DNA of 64,000 nucleotides from Oikopleura dioica (taxonomy: Eukaryota > Animalia > Chordata): the NCBI GenBank assembly GCA_907165135.1, contig OU015566.1, positions 12,462,001-12,526,000 on the forward strand. The letters run 5' to 3'. Below are positions 47,516 through 59,986 of this stretch, one piece after another (position 1 is the stretch's first letter; every line of letters starts with the position of its first letter). A program made the translations under genes and the position numbers. Below the pieces are notes generated by a model. It did no database searches. It was not told the DNA's origin and saw only the letters and a list, made by a program, of their open reading frames with translations.

Positions 47516-49906
47516 TCAGGCCAGGAGACTATTTTCAGCAATTCTTTCCAGCAAAAGCTTCGATTTAGTCCAAATATAGCTCCTTTCATCCTCAGTTCTG
47601 AGGTTTTCCTCCAAGATCTTGTCAATTCCTTCATCCACAAACTGCTTACAATACTGAAAGCAGGCTAAATTAGTTGTTACGCAGAAGTTTGTGTACTTTG
47701 TCGACGGATTTCGCAGAAAATTCTTCTTCAAATGGGTGGGTAAGCTGAGACCATCGCCAACAAAAGAACCATCGAATCGGCTTTGATCCATTTTCAATGA
47801 GTTTGAGGAGGTCTTTGAATGTCCTGTAGCTCATACGAGCTGGTAGGCTCTCCGGAAGGAGTTCGATCAGGAAGCAGAATTTATTCTCAAGCTCCGATCG
47901 TTCTATAAAATTGGGAAGCTCGATGTCTTCATGAGCCAGAATCGTGGACATTACTTCGAGTCCATTCGTAAACCCATCCATTTTTTCATTTTCAACGGAA
48001 ATCTCATGGTCTTCGACGGAATTGATCGACGCCATAAGCATCAACATTAAATCTGTATGTTATGTTTTATTATATAAGATTGAATGTAATTACCAGCCGA
48101 CATGATTTCGCGCGTCATATCCTTGTCCGAAACAATATTTCCAATGAAGCCCGTGATATTGTAACGAAAAGCGTCGTGCTTTTCAGACATGGGGAGAATC
48201 TTTTCAATGAAGTTAGAAGCGACCAGTTTCTTCTTGTCCTTCTTATCTTCAGGTTCAAAGAGAATCAAAGGCAAGCAAAGCTTATCATCTGAACCTTCCC
48301 TGATTTGTATCAATATAGTTCCAGAAGATTGAGAGAATTCGGAGGAACAAGTTCCAATCATTCGCCATCGCTTTGTCCGAAAGCACCATTAATCTATCCA
48401 CAAAATTTGTATCCTCTGGTAGTTCGTTTGCTAATTCCACTGAAAGTTGAGAGGAGAAACAATTGCTGATGATCACTGCGGCCATAACTTTAAACCCTGG
48501 GTCCTCATCATATTCTTCCAGAACTTGGAGACACGCTTCAACGACTTCTGAGCCGAAGCTATTGCCGTACTTATCCACAGGTACGTGAGTGAGAGCCTTG
48601 ATTATGTTATAAATAAACTGATTCGCGATGGGTTTTCCTTTATGCTGTAAAATTGCTTTGCAAAAAGAAGCAGCCATTCGTTCAATTTGATCATCCGAGA
48701 TTTCGTCACTATTTGCAACGATGAAAAACATCGATGCAGACAAGTTTAGTGCCAAAGAAATATCATCCAAAGAGTAGAAGCGTTCAAAGGCTGATAGGGC
48801 GTCTTCCATAAATTTTGATGGATAGGGCGATAGAGGAATAACCTCGTACAAATCATTCCAATATTTGTTAAGCTTTTCTGGATCGTTGGCCGGCTACACG
48901 ACGTTTTGACTAAAGCGACGTTCTCGCTAACCGACGTTTTCGCTAAACCGACGTTCTCACTAAAAGTCAAAACGTCGGTTTAGTCAAAACGTCGGTTTAG
49001 TCAGAACGTCGGTTTTCCTTAAATATGCGGGGGCAATCAGAGCGAATGAGAATTGGCTCTTCCTGGATTAAAAATTCTGTCTAAAGCCCGCCGTCTTTCT
49101 CAAACCGAAACTTTCCTTAAATTGTTAACTTGGAAAAACAAAATATATATTTTTGAATTAATTATTATAAAATTATTATTTGAATAACAAAATCAATAAT
49201 TTTAAAAAATATTAAGTCTGCATAATTTACTGATCTTTTTACATTTTATCGGTCTTGAGATCATTTTTAAAAGATTTATTTTAGTTATATTCGTTAATTT
49301 AATGAAGATATTCATTATTCTTATACTTTTACTCTTCACAAAGATTTTTCGAAAGAAAATGAAAACGTCGGTTTGACGAAAACATCGGTTTCCAAACTGA
49401 GTCTTAACCAAATTCAAGGCGCCCACGCATTTTTAAGGAAAACCGACGTTTTGACTAAACCGACGTTTTGACTAAACCGACGTTTTGACTTTTGGTGAGA
49501 ACGTCGGTTTAGCGAAAACGTCGGTTAGCGAGAACGTCGGTTTAGTCAAAACGTCGTGTAGCCTCGTTGGCCGCTTCTCTGACGGGTGCAAGAATCTCGT
49601 CAATAGACGACAGTCTTCCTTGACAATTGATTCGATGTTCTTCGTAGTTTGAGTACTGAAGGATGGCTTCAGAACAATCTTCGCATTTGATTGTGAGCTC
49701 GTTTGTTTTCTCGAACCATTCTTTTGGAGGCGATTTCAAGTAAGAAACATTGTCATAGTTGATGTGGATTTTGCAGTTCGGGCATTTGTTGTCGTTGTTA
49801 GCAACTTCGATTCGGAAGCAGGGTAGACAAAAGACTTTGGGGCAGCTTTGGCAGACTTTTGGTTTTTCCGATATTTTGTCGCATAACAAACAGGTGAGAT
49901 CAGGAT
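47516..49906 (-). CDS. RING + TRAF-like zinc finger fused to a ZYG11/ZER1-like ARM domain; interrupted by a 672-bp foldback element (5' start unresolved)
   Basis: CLLC..CQSC..FCLPC..CPNC, CEDC..EEHRINC; then MAAVIIS, IFWNYID, FIGNIV, YCKQFVDEG, which match the ZYG11 ARM. Removing the insert makes one continuous frame. Confidence 0.75.
48892..49563. mobile_element. Non-autonomous foldback/Mutator-like element, 143-bp TIRs, 9-bp TSD; candidate introner
   Basis: TIRs 48892-49034 and 49421-49563 (about 5 mismatches by eye) built from AAACCGACGTTTTGACT-type subrepeats; TSD TCGTTGGCC at 48883-48891 and 49564-49572; AT-rich core. Confidence 0.95.
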
Positions 49907-50364
49907 CTACAAAGGGATAAGTAGAGGCTTTTATATTTGAAAAACTGAGGCTGAGCCTTTAATCAATAAAAGAGATTTATATATTTTCGTGAATAAGTAC
50001 CAATTTGATCTTTTGGTTCAATATTTTCTAGAGAAATTCCCATTCTCTCGAAGTTTTAATAAGGAACTGCAAATAGGATACTGGTTTTGAGCCTGTGAAA
50101 AGCAAATAACCTGACATTTGATATGAGCTTCGCAAATATTTACAACGCTTAGATTTTACCAAGATTCTTTTTTCCAATTACCAGTCTTATTTTGATCAAA
50201 ACAGCACTTGGAAAATGTATCAATCTATTCTTCTCTTGAAGCTCTCGAGCCCCACCAGCCGTCAAAAAAATCTCCATAAATATGCGACGAGCGGGTGCTT
50301 AGATATCATAAGCTTCTAGACAAGCATAACATAAAGCAAAACCCACCAATCTTCAACAATAAAG

Positions 50365-50574
50365 ATGAACGTTCTTTCCATCTTCTTCCTCTTTTTCTCT
50401 TCCACCAACGCCTTCGACCACAGAAGCCAGGCTCAAGCCTCAGCTCAACACATTCGAGCCATGCTAAGACGCAACACCCCCTTCATCAAAATCCAGGACA
50501 AATCTCCAAGGCGAAAAAACCAACGTCTCATCAGCAGACTTGAAAAACTCTACTCAAAACACTTGTTTCGATGA
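50365..50574 (+). CDS. Small basic secreted peptide (69 aa, single exon)
   Basis: Signal peptide MNVLSIFFLFFSSTNA; RR and RRK sites. Confidence 0.5.
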   Translation: MNVLSIFFLFFSSTNAFDHRSQAQASAQHIRAMLRRNTPFIKIQDKSPRRKNQRLISRLEKLYSKHLFR

Positions 50575-50691
50575 ACCATAGTTTCTGCTTCACAAAATAA
50601 AAAGCATGGAAAAAAAATTATATATATTTATTAGATATCTTTGAAAATTGAGTATGAATATCATCACGATGTTCATCATGATTTATGATTG

Positions 50692-52044
50692 TCAGGAGGT
50701 ACAGACATTTGAAGTTGAAACAAATAGGGTCGGATACCAATTTTTTGATCCATGGTCAGCAAAAATATCAGTCGAGAGAACATTTTCATTTTTATCTTAG
50801 TGAAGGTTGTAAAGACATTTCTATGAAAAAGTTAATGCGAAACCAAGAATATACTATGAATCTTTATAAGTTTGAGACCTTCACCTAGAAAAGCACGCTG
50901 AATCGAAACTTTAGGGGAAACAGATGAGCCGGGGAATACGAAAATAACATTGTCGATAAATATAACGGATGAATAGTGAATTTTCTTTAAAAAATGAGTT
51001 AATTTTTTCCGTCAAAGATAATTAACTAGATTGATATAATATTTGTATGTTTACCTCCGGCAAGTTCCCGACTAAAGACCAATTGTCATTCTTTAATCGC
51101 CAAATGTCATTCAATCGGTCCCAAATCTGATCATCAAATCCTCCAACAGTCAGAAGGTCTCCTGAAGGTAGTCCGATAGCAGGAGCATTCCGTATCCCTC
51201 TTAAATATCTCATACAATAAATATTTCTATCTTGACTACTTTGGATGGCTGGAAAGCGATTTCCATCCATCATTTTCCAGGGTTTCAGTAGCCCCGTATG
51301 AATACCATCCTCCAACAGCAGTTGGCCGACCATTGTAGCTTCCCAACGCACCATACTGGTGCTTAATTTTCGTTCCTGATGCGTGAACAACGCTGGAGCC
51401 GTCAAAACGCTCGCATGCTTTGTAAGATTTCTCTTCAAAGCAAATTATAGCTCAAAAATAAACTTCTATAAATCCGAGTCTTAAATTACGCAGTACCTTC
51501 ACTACCTCCCTCAAAACTGAGGGCGTCATGTTTAAGCATATATTCATTATTGAGGCGCGATGATAGTTCTGTGAATGCACATTCGTCCAAGCGATAAATC
51601 TTCAAGAAATTATTATGACTTTTTTAATTTAGGTTATCTCATTACGCTTTGCATGTTTCTTTGGCCTCCGAAAGTGTGTAAAAGACCATTGATTAAAGCG
51701 TGTTTCGATTGGTACAAAAAGCCATAATCGGTGTCTTTTCATAGGATTTTTACAGCTTTTTTTCTATTAAATTATCGATTTAAAACAATAAGTAAAAATC
51801 CCTGGTCTGAAGATGGAGGATTAATCATTAAATTTTTGGTAATTGATCCATCACTCTTCAATGCATAAGGCAAAAAGTCTGAAGATAGAACATTAATCTG
51901 GGTTGATTGCTCCGCTGAATAAATGAAGTTTTTGATTTCGGTCCGCCGATCAAATTTTAAAAGCCGGACCCTCATGTTTTTCTCCTTATCGAATTCAAAC
52001 AATTCTAATGCAAAGGTTTTTGTTTGCATCTGATCTATTTTCAA
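50692..52044 (-). CDS. Kelch-like beta-propeller protein (multi-exon; 5' end unresolved)
   Basis: Spliced reading LINGLLHTFGG..RLDECAF..IICF..CERFDG..HQYGALGSYNGRPTAVGG..GWKSLSSHP..GLPSGDLLTVGG..WYPTLFVSTSNVCTS*. Confidence 0.65.
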
Positions 52045-53114
52045 CTGCGAATGTCAAAAGCGCGTTCTTTGTTAAAAAGTAGAAAATAAAACTCAAAATG
52101 GAAAAATGAAAATATTTCCTGAATGCTTAAAATCGTGGAATTGAAGGCATTCTGAGCGAGATGCATCTCGAATTTTGTCCATTGAAATAAATCTCCTTCC
52201 AAGATCAATTTATCGCTAAAGTAATCAGAAGCTATCCAAAAAGATCCATTTGTTAAAAATCCCAGATTAAAGAATGATTTTCTGTTAAATAACTGACAGT
52301 CTAGCTGAGTTTGATTGTCGATTTTAAATCCAGTTTCTCGCTAAAAGTTTTTGATAGATATAATATTTAATTGACTTTTAAAGTTACTTTTAAATAAAAC
52401 CGCAACGTCCATATTTGAGAATCTTTGTTAGCTGCATAATTCAATTCAAAAGTCGAAACATGCTTGAACTCCTCAAGCGAAGTGAATGGCTTGTCTTCGA
52501 AAGAACCTGGTATGATTGTTTTTGGATATGGTTTCAAGCTCGACCTTGCCGACTCAGGAAACCGCGGCTGGGAGGCGGCATTTTTCGCAAAGGCGGGAAA
52601 GACATCGTCGTGAAAGGCAAACAAGGGGTTGCTTGTCACGTACATTTTCTCCTTTACATCCTGCTGTACGTAATTTATCTCAATTAGATCTTGTATTTCG
52701 GATTTGCTTTTTTCCCATTACTAGGCATAGAGTCTGCTGCATTCTGCTTTATCATTAACAAGATATTAGTTATTTAATTGATAGTCAATCCTTTCCAAAG
52801 TTAAATTCAATTTCGAGAGTTGCGTCAAAAACATAATTTTGGATATAAAATTTCTCGTTGCTTATGATTCCGTTTGTGAAATAGTCGCATTCATCGTTGT
52901 TGAGCCCACTCTGATCTGTATAGTTCGGGTCATCAGAAGCGAACAATTTTGAAACGCAGAAAGATCTTTCGTCGTATTTAACCAGAGAACCAATCCATTC
53001 GCTGCCAAGATTCAAAAATTTTCCTTCGGCTTCGAGAAGCAACGAGTACTGAGTATTTGAGAGAGCGATACTTCTTGTCACCAGAATAAGAAACAGCCGA
53101 TTTAAGTCAATCTG

Positions 53115-54638
53115 TTACGGGTTGAAAAAACAAAAACATTTGTATTGAAATATCCGAAGTTCAGCCCTTTTCAAAGGTATAACATGAACTGGGTCCAAAT
53201 CTCTAAATTCAACAGGTAATGCTATTTCATTCTTCCGCCACCCTTTCTCCACTTCCTCACTTTTTCGGATTCTGTTGAGAGCAACTGCTGTTGATAGCTT
53301 GATCCAACGTTCACCCATCCTGACACTCATCAGATAGAAGACCCCTTTAAAGCTGACTGAATTTGTCTTTGCGTTGAAATGATTGCTCGCAATAAAACCC
53401 TGCGCCTCTTCAAAGCGATTTAAATTGTAGTCCGGAGCATAGTAGTAGCACTTGTCTGATCTTCCGGTCGGAGAACAAATGACAACGACGTGGAAAATCT
53501 TTACATCATTTTCTTTTCGGCGAATCTCGATATGATGAGTTCCGATAGACGCGCCAAAGTGAAATACAAAGAAACCCCTTATTAAAATATTTCATTTAAC
53601 GAAAATAAAATAACCTTACAGTCCATGATTACGATTGGCAAATTGCCAATGGCAATAAAGACCGGAGAGTCATCACTTTCGCTTATTTTCATCATATTTC
53701 CCAGTGCATCGACAAGATAATGCTGTCCTTTGAGAAAAGTAGCGCCTGTTGACTTGCAAAGTTTTTAACAATAATTTTTTAGTCCGTAGAGAGGCGTTAT
53801 CATTCGAGCCTATGATTCGAGCCATACTACTCCTAGGCTCCGGGGGGCGAAGCCCCCTGGTTTAGGCCTTAGGTTGGGGGGGTCCTGGGGGGGGGAGCGT
53901 AGCCCCCTGGGTAAAGTTTAGGGTTAGCTAACACTAAATGAAAACTACAGTTTTAATTGTCGATTAATAATAGAAATAAAAACTTTCATAAGGATAAAGA
54001 GACTTCTGAGCCTTGACCGGAATCTCTTGACCGCGATCGTTGAAATCCGAAAGAATGATAGTAAAAAATTTCCTTTGAATTTCACGATCTTCCCATCGAC
54101 CAGTTATCAAGCTAATACCAAAGTAATCGCGTGTTACATTGCCGAATTTGACATGTTCCCACTTCTTCAGGTCAAATAAAGGAACAAGTTTTTGAGCTGA
54201 TTCTAATTTTTCACACTTGTAATGGGGACAAGGACAGCCTTTCGGACAGTATTTCTGAGTCGGGCAAACTTCTCCGGCAGAATCAAACGATCGAGTCAGT
54301 TGAAAACAAATTGACTCGCAGGGCGAAACCGGGCTAATACTTGTCGATTCCAAAACGAGCGTTTTTGAGCAAAGATGGCGGCATATCTTCTGATCATAGA
54401 ATTGTTTCTTCCTGCATCGGATGGAATTGACTTTATTCTCTTCCTCTGAGAAAACAATCGGCTGACTTCTTTTCTGATCGATTTTAGAAATAGGCTTGGG
54501 AATGATGAATTTTTCTGTCACGTAGCATTTCTTCATTAGGTGCCCGCAGTAGTCCATTGTTTCAATTTGAACACATTTCTTGTAGTTTCGATGACAAGTT
54601 GAAGTCAGAAATGATGTGACGCCGCGGGATTTTTCCAA
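53115..54638 (-). CDS. Cys-rich (CPxxxYCPKGCPCPHYKC) plus degenerate propeller protein; boundaries uncertain
   Basis: ORF 53964-54638 plus downstream open exons (VVICSPTGRSDKCYYY). ORFs 52367-52645 and 52785-53081 may be further exons or a separate gene. Confidence 0.45.
53803..53930. repeat. GC-rich intronic element with two GGGG-N4/5-CCCC hairpins and TTAGG-like units
   Basis: GGGGGCGAAGCCCCCTGG and GGGGAGCGTAGCCCCCTGG, G-runs, and a GATTCGAGCC-like duplication, in otherwise AT-rich sequence. Confidence 0.5.
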
Positions 54639-55210
54639 TGAACGTAGATTTGCTTTAAAATTATTTTTATTGACAAAGATTCTCCTATAACTTACTTAGA
54701 AGCATAATTGTTATCCAGAAAAGAGTTCCAATTACAAGGTACGAAGTCATCTGGCGCATTGTTGAGAATCCATGCTGCGCAAAATTTAGTTTTTCGGTTT
54801 TCTTCTTCCAGCTTTTTTCTTTTTTCAAATCTCGTTCTTGCGTGTAAATACTTCGAGTAGTAAGCACTTCTTCAGGAAACAAATAAACTTGACCTTGCTT
54901 TTGTTTAAGAATGCCAATGCAGTGGCAATCCAAGCACTATTATAAGCTTGCTTACATATAAAAATTAATTTACATACCCGGATTTTCGCCGGATGATTGG
55001 TTTCTTTTACAATCATTTACAGATTTTTCTCTTGAAAATATATTTATCTCCAGAAATCACGGTTCTAACTCCCATGCGCGTTCATTTTTTGGCATTTGAA
55101 CTTTGTCAGTTTAATCTCCAGTTTTCCTTTTTCTCCCAACCTAAACGTGAAATCTATCCCTAAGCGGGGGATCTCGTAAACTAAAACAGTTCAATGAACG
55201 AATTGAAAGT

Positions 55211-56682
55211 TTATTGAACAGTTGTAACTTGCGCAGTCTTTGGGCAAGACTCAGGACAAGCATCTTGAACAAAATCCATGTGGCAGATACTTTGCCAGGT
55301 CGTTTTGCACAGCTCGCTCATATCAACATCGGTCGTGAACGTGGATTTCCCTTCAGTCAGTGGAGCAGCTACTATTCCACCTGATTGAGTTCCGGAGTCT
55401 TAAGAGAAATAAAAAAACGGCTAATTTGTGCAAACTTTGGTACCTTTTTCAGTAGGATCAATGGGAATAGGCGCTTCAGGCTTGGGATCAACGATGAGAA
55501 CTGCGGGATTCATTGGTGTTGGGGCTGGTGGCCTTGGATCGACAATAAGGACTCCTGGATTAACTCGAGTGTGTGGCGGCGGGCTGGGATCAACGATGAG
55601 AACTGCTTGATCTACAGGCGCAAATGATCCAACAGATGCGACTTCAGCCACTGGCGGTTGCATTCGATACGACTGCATTGGGGCGCACATTTCGGTCTGT
55701 GCTTGGCAGGAGACTGGGCAAGCTTCGCGCACCCACTTTTCATCGAGGCACATTTGATGAATGTACTCCATCGAGCACATTGAATGCGTATCCACACATT
55801 TGTACTCCAAGTCCTTTACGAAAAACACATGATTATTCGGGCACATTGTTGATTCATCCTACCTTTGTCGCGCTGCACATTGAGCATGTTTTTCCACACT
55901 TCGCCCAGAACTCTTCCAGCTGGCAGTTTTCTCTTGAAAGGTGAGCTTTACAAAGCTCTGGGTAAAGATCCTCACATTCGGAATCATCTTTTTGGTCGAA
56001 GATACTCGGCGCAAAATGAGCACTCTTTGCCGGCTCGTTGTTGAAAATGTCACCATCACGGCCGAGCATGTTCATCCAGGGGTTGAAATCGGCGCCCATC
56101 GGGTCGTGACCCTGCTTGCCTGGAACATAGGGAGCCAGAGTTGTAAGTGGCAGGGGACGGCCGGTGCCAAAACCGTAGATCTTCGTCCAGTCGAACCAGG
56201 CTTGTTTGTTCCATTCTCGCATTCGTCGGATTTGGTCGCGATTTTGCCAGATCCTAGCTTCGTAGCTGTCATTGTACTGAATTTAAGCTCAATAAACGCG
56301 ATCAGAAAAAGAGTACCTGAGATACAAAGGGCTTGTACTTCGATTCGGTTCCTTGAGTTCTCTCTGAATGGTAGCCTCTGCTGTCGATGTTTCTAGAGCC
56401 GACCCGAGTTCCTCCTGGAAGAGCTCCAGCCGAGTGATTTGGCGCTGGAGGAAGAGTAGGAGTTGGCTGCTGTCCGCATTTGCCGCAAGTGGCTTGGCAA
56501 ACGTCGTAAGTGTACTTTCGATTCTCTTCGCCGCAGAAATACGACGTTTCCGCGCAGTTCGGAGCTTTATCTCGGCACTAAATTAAATTTTATTTACAAT
56601 TAACATCTCTCAATCTTACAGTTCTCCAAAGAAATGCTAGAGCTTCATTCGCAAGAAATGCATTGCAAATAAATAATTTCAT
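55211..56682 (-). CDS. Secreted multi-ShKT-domain protein with Pro-rich repeats
   Basis: Signal MKLFICNAFLANEALA; CRDKAPNC..CQATCGKC, CEDLYPELC..CGKTCSMC, CVDTHSMC..CPVSC, plus a partial fourth ShK-like unit; VLIVDP(S/R/K)P three times. Confidence 0.8.
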
Positions 56683-57107
56683 CTAAAACTTTCCCTCTCA
56701 ATCAATTGTATGATGGTTTTTTCTAGTATTCATGCTCATATAAGTACTTTCTGAACTGCTGGAGGCAATGACAGGAAGGGCGAAATCACGATTATTTGGA
56801 TAACGTTCTATTCACTTTTCGTTGTATTGCACAATAAGCGTTCCCCTCATGACTCAGACCTTTGATTACTTGCCCTAGAAACAGGAGTACTGCATCGATT
56901 TTGACATCTGAGAATTTACGGACAGTAGATATGAAAATAAAATTATTGAGGCTAGTAACGTTAGGGGGTCAAGTTCAGCAATATTGAAAACTTCGTGATA
57001 ACGTCGCATATTCGCAGGAAACACTTTTTTATCGACACGATCGCAAATATAGCTGCACGATCGCGTACTTAATCTTGCTTGACTATTTCTACATTTTGAG
57101 TTGCAAA

Positions 57108-58213
57108 ATGCGTCCTGTAGTTCGAGCATTTTTGATCTTGAGTTTCTCATTCAGCTCATTAATTACAGTTTTTCTGGCATCTTTATATCTTCACCAAGAA
57201 CCAGAGGCAGGAACAAGAGAGATTCTTACAACAGCTCTAAGAAAAACGACCGAAGCAGAAACACAAACGAGTTATGATCAGTTCTTCACGGTAGAATCCA
57301 CAGGCACGAGCACATCAGCATCACCAGCGACGACAAATCAAGAAACACAAACACAAAATGATGCTGAGGGTTATTCAACAACAGATATTCCTAGTCAAGG
57401 AACAAAATTTCAAACCACAACGGAATCATCAAAAACAACGGGATCAATAGAAGAAACAACATCTTCTAAGTCCACAAAAACAGAGTCAACAATTGTTACT
57501 TCGAAAACATCATCAACATTTTTGACAACGACCACAACAATTCAAGATCCATCAAATCCTTGTCCGTCAGAATGCCTTCAACCAGACAATTGTGTCGTCA
57601 TCGTCGGAGAAGAAGATCTTAAGCCAGAACGCAGTAATTGGCTAAAAGATATAATGGCGACAAAAGAATTTCGTCTCACTGTCGGAATAAATTTCCCAGA
57701 TTTGGCCACAAAGAGGGACTTATACAATGTCATTCATTTACGGGTTAAATTTAATTGTTCCAAGAAATTTTCAATAAATAGAACACGTTTGAACCCTCAA
57801 AAAAGATCCACACCCCGGAATCGAAGAATTTCACTGAATTTGGAGATGGTTTTTTCTCTGTCTTCAATCCACCCGGGCATCAAACTAATTTAATGGTAAC
57901 TGTTACAAATCGACCAAGGAAGCCTGTCCACGAGGTTACGATCGAAACAGTTCTTGGTCAATTTCAGTGTCTAACGGTATGTATAATCTCTCATTCTCCA
58001 AAAAAAAAACAATAATTCAAGGTCGAGCAAAAAAGAAACGACGAGACAGGGAGGCTTGACAAAAAACTTTTCTTCAATGGAAACATTATCGAAACCTGGT
58101 CTTATAAAGAAGAAGAGGTATTTACTGGTCGTCTTCAAGTCTGGATTGCTGATAAATGGAATCCATCGGGAGTAAGGTTTTCTGTTCTTAATTTTCTTTA
58201 TGAGAATCTTTAA
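57108..58213 (+). CDS. Type II membrane protein with T/S-rich mucin stalk and a probable beta-sandwich C-terminal domain
   Basis: N-terminal TM AFLILSFSFSSLITVFLASLYL; about 120-aa Thr-rich stalk; Cys hinge; spliced C-terminus FFNGNII..VWIADKW. Confidence 0.6.
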
Positions 58214-58371
58214 CAACTCAAAATAAATGCTTTCGTTCTCATTTTATTTGCACAAGACTTTTCAAATGATCAATAAAGACAGTGAAATTCTCGGGGCGCT
58301 TTGACCTCGGGGGACTAAAACGCAGTGTTATCAATCCCTTTTTTATTTTTTTTTCTCGCACATTTTTAAAG

Positions 58372-59954
58372 ATGAAGAAGATAGTGAGTTCGATAATTTA
58401 TTATTCGTGGCTTTTTATTTTGCTGTATTCTTGTCTGCTTCAATCGAGAAGAGCAAAGAATAGATATTCTTCGAGAGATTTTTTAACGAAAAGTGGAAGA
58501 GACAAATCCGACGAAGGGTTGAACTATTTCGTCTTCGAGAAATTCTATCTCCAGTTTCCGCTGATATGCTTTCAACTTCTCTGTCAATTTCTCTTTCCGA
58601 AAAGAATCCGCTTCAATGCAATGGCGATTGGGTCCATTTTGATCCTCTGCGTTTTGGTTCAATTTCGAACAGTGGTTCTCATCGCTAGCTGGAGCATGGT
58701 ATTCTTTCTTTTTCAAGCGGAGGAGAAGATGGTCAGATTCACAGCCGTGTTACTGTCGATTTCATTTACTGGATTCTTGAAGTATCGACTCGATGAGTTT
58801 CATTTGGATGTCACGGACTTACAGGTAGAGTGATGAAAAACTTGAGCCTCCAGAGGCCTCCCAGAATAAGGAGACCTCTGCAGAAATCAATCGTTATTCT
58901 CAACTTTATTTACAGTTATTACTCGCAGCTTCCTTCAAAAGCACTGCCTGCCTCTGGACGGACGAAACTACAGATGCCTCGAAAATGGACTTTCTTTCAT
59001 TTTTCTTCTATCCTTCAACTATCACTGGTCCCTGGATCAGCTTCTCAAATTTTCTTCAAACAAAAAGGGAAGAAGAAAATCTCCAAAAGCCGTCTCTATC
59101 AACCTTTTTCCTTGATTCCCTAAAATGGGTTTTTGTAACGATACTTCTCGAGGCAGCTGCGAGCTGGTTCTACACTTCCCTTCTCATCCGAGATGTCTCC
59201 TTGATAGAACACTGCCCTTGGCTTTCTTTGATCGCTTTGGTCAGCGTTATCACTTTTAAAACCTGGGCGGAACTGTACTTTTGCTACGGACTAAACTACG
59301 CAGTGATCAAACTCGACGGGATGGAATACAATCCCCCGCGACCTGTCTGGCTCAACGACGGTTTCAGACAAGTCTGGCGAACTTACGACCACGGACAGCA
59401 TCAAATTCTGAAAGAAAATGTCTACAAGCCGATTTTGAAGGAGGGAGGAAACGAGATTCTAGCTGCGTTTTGCTCCTTTATGCTCGTAGGCAAGGTTTCA
59501 CAGAAGACAGATCATTTCTTAAATACAACATTTTGGCGTTTTATTGCTCAAAAAAGGCTGTATGAAAACCTCTGAAAGCTTTCTGGCACAGTCCGTTGCC
59601 ATATTACAAAGATGGCCGTTCAAACTGGAACAGCATTCTCGCCTATTTTGTCTTCGGATTCGGCAACTTTTTCTTCACAGTCGCTGAAACTGCACTTGCC
59701 GACTTCAAAATTGCTGGCTTCAAAGGTACCGTCAATGATTTTTTCGCTATCTAACTGTAATTCTAGTTTGGAAAGCATTTGCCTTCATTGCCATCTACCC
59801 AGTGAACATTTACTTCATCTGTTCGAACTTCCAGCTTGCAAACATCATTATTTCACGACTCTTTTTCGACTGGAACATTATCGTCGGAGTCATAGTCGGA
59901 TACTGTGCAGTTATTGCCCTCGAAAAGAAGAAAATTTCAAAAGATTTAGTCTAA
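58372..59954 (+). CDS. MBOAT acyltransferase, HHAT/HHATL/GUP1-like
   Basis: KLDGMEYNPP..FRQVWRTYDHGQHQILKENVYKP matches the HHAT WRYFD..YVYIP region; MLVAFWHS active-site His after a GC-AG intron; multiple TMs. Confidence 0.82.
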
Positions 59955-59986
59955 TTTCCTGCCATTACTAATTCCCTGACAATATA

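Noticed and set aside
49202-49426. ORF inside the foldback element as a transposase
   Set aside because: 74 aa, AT-rich, no DDE or DNA-binding motif.
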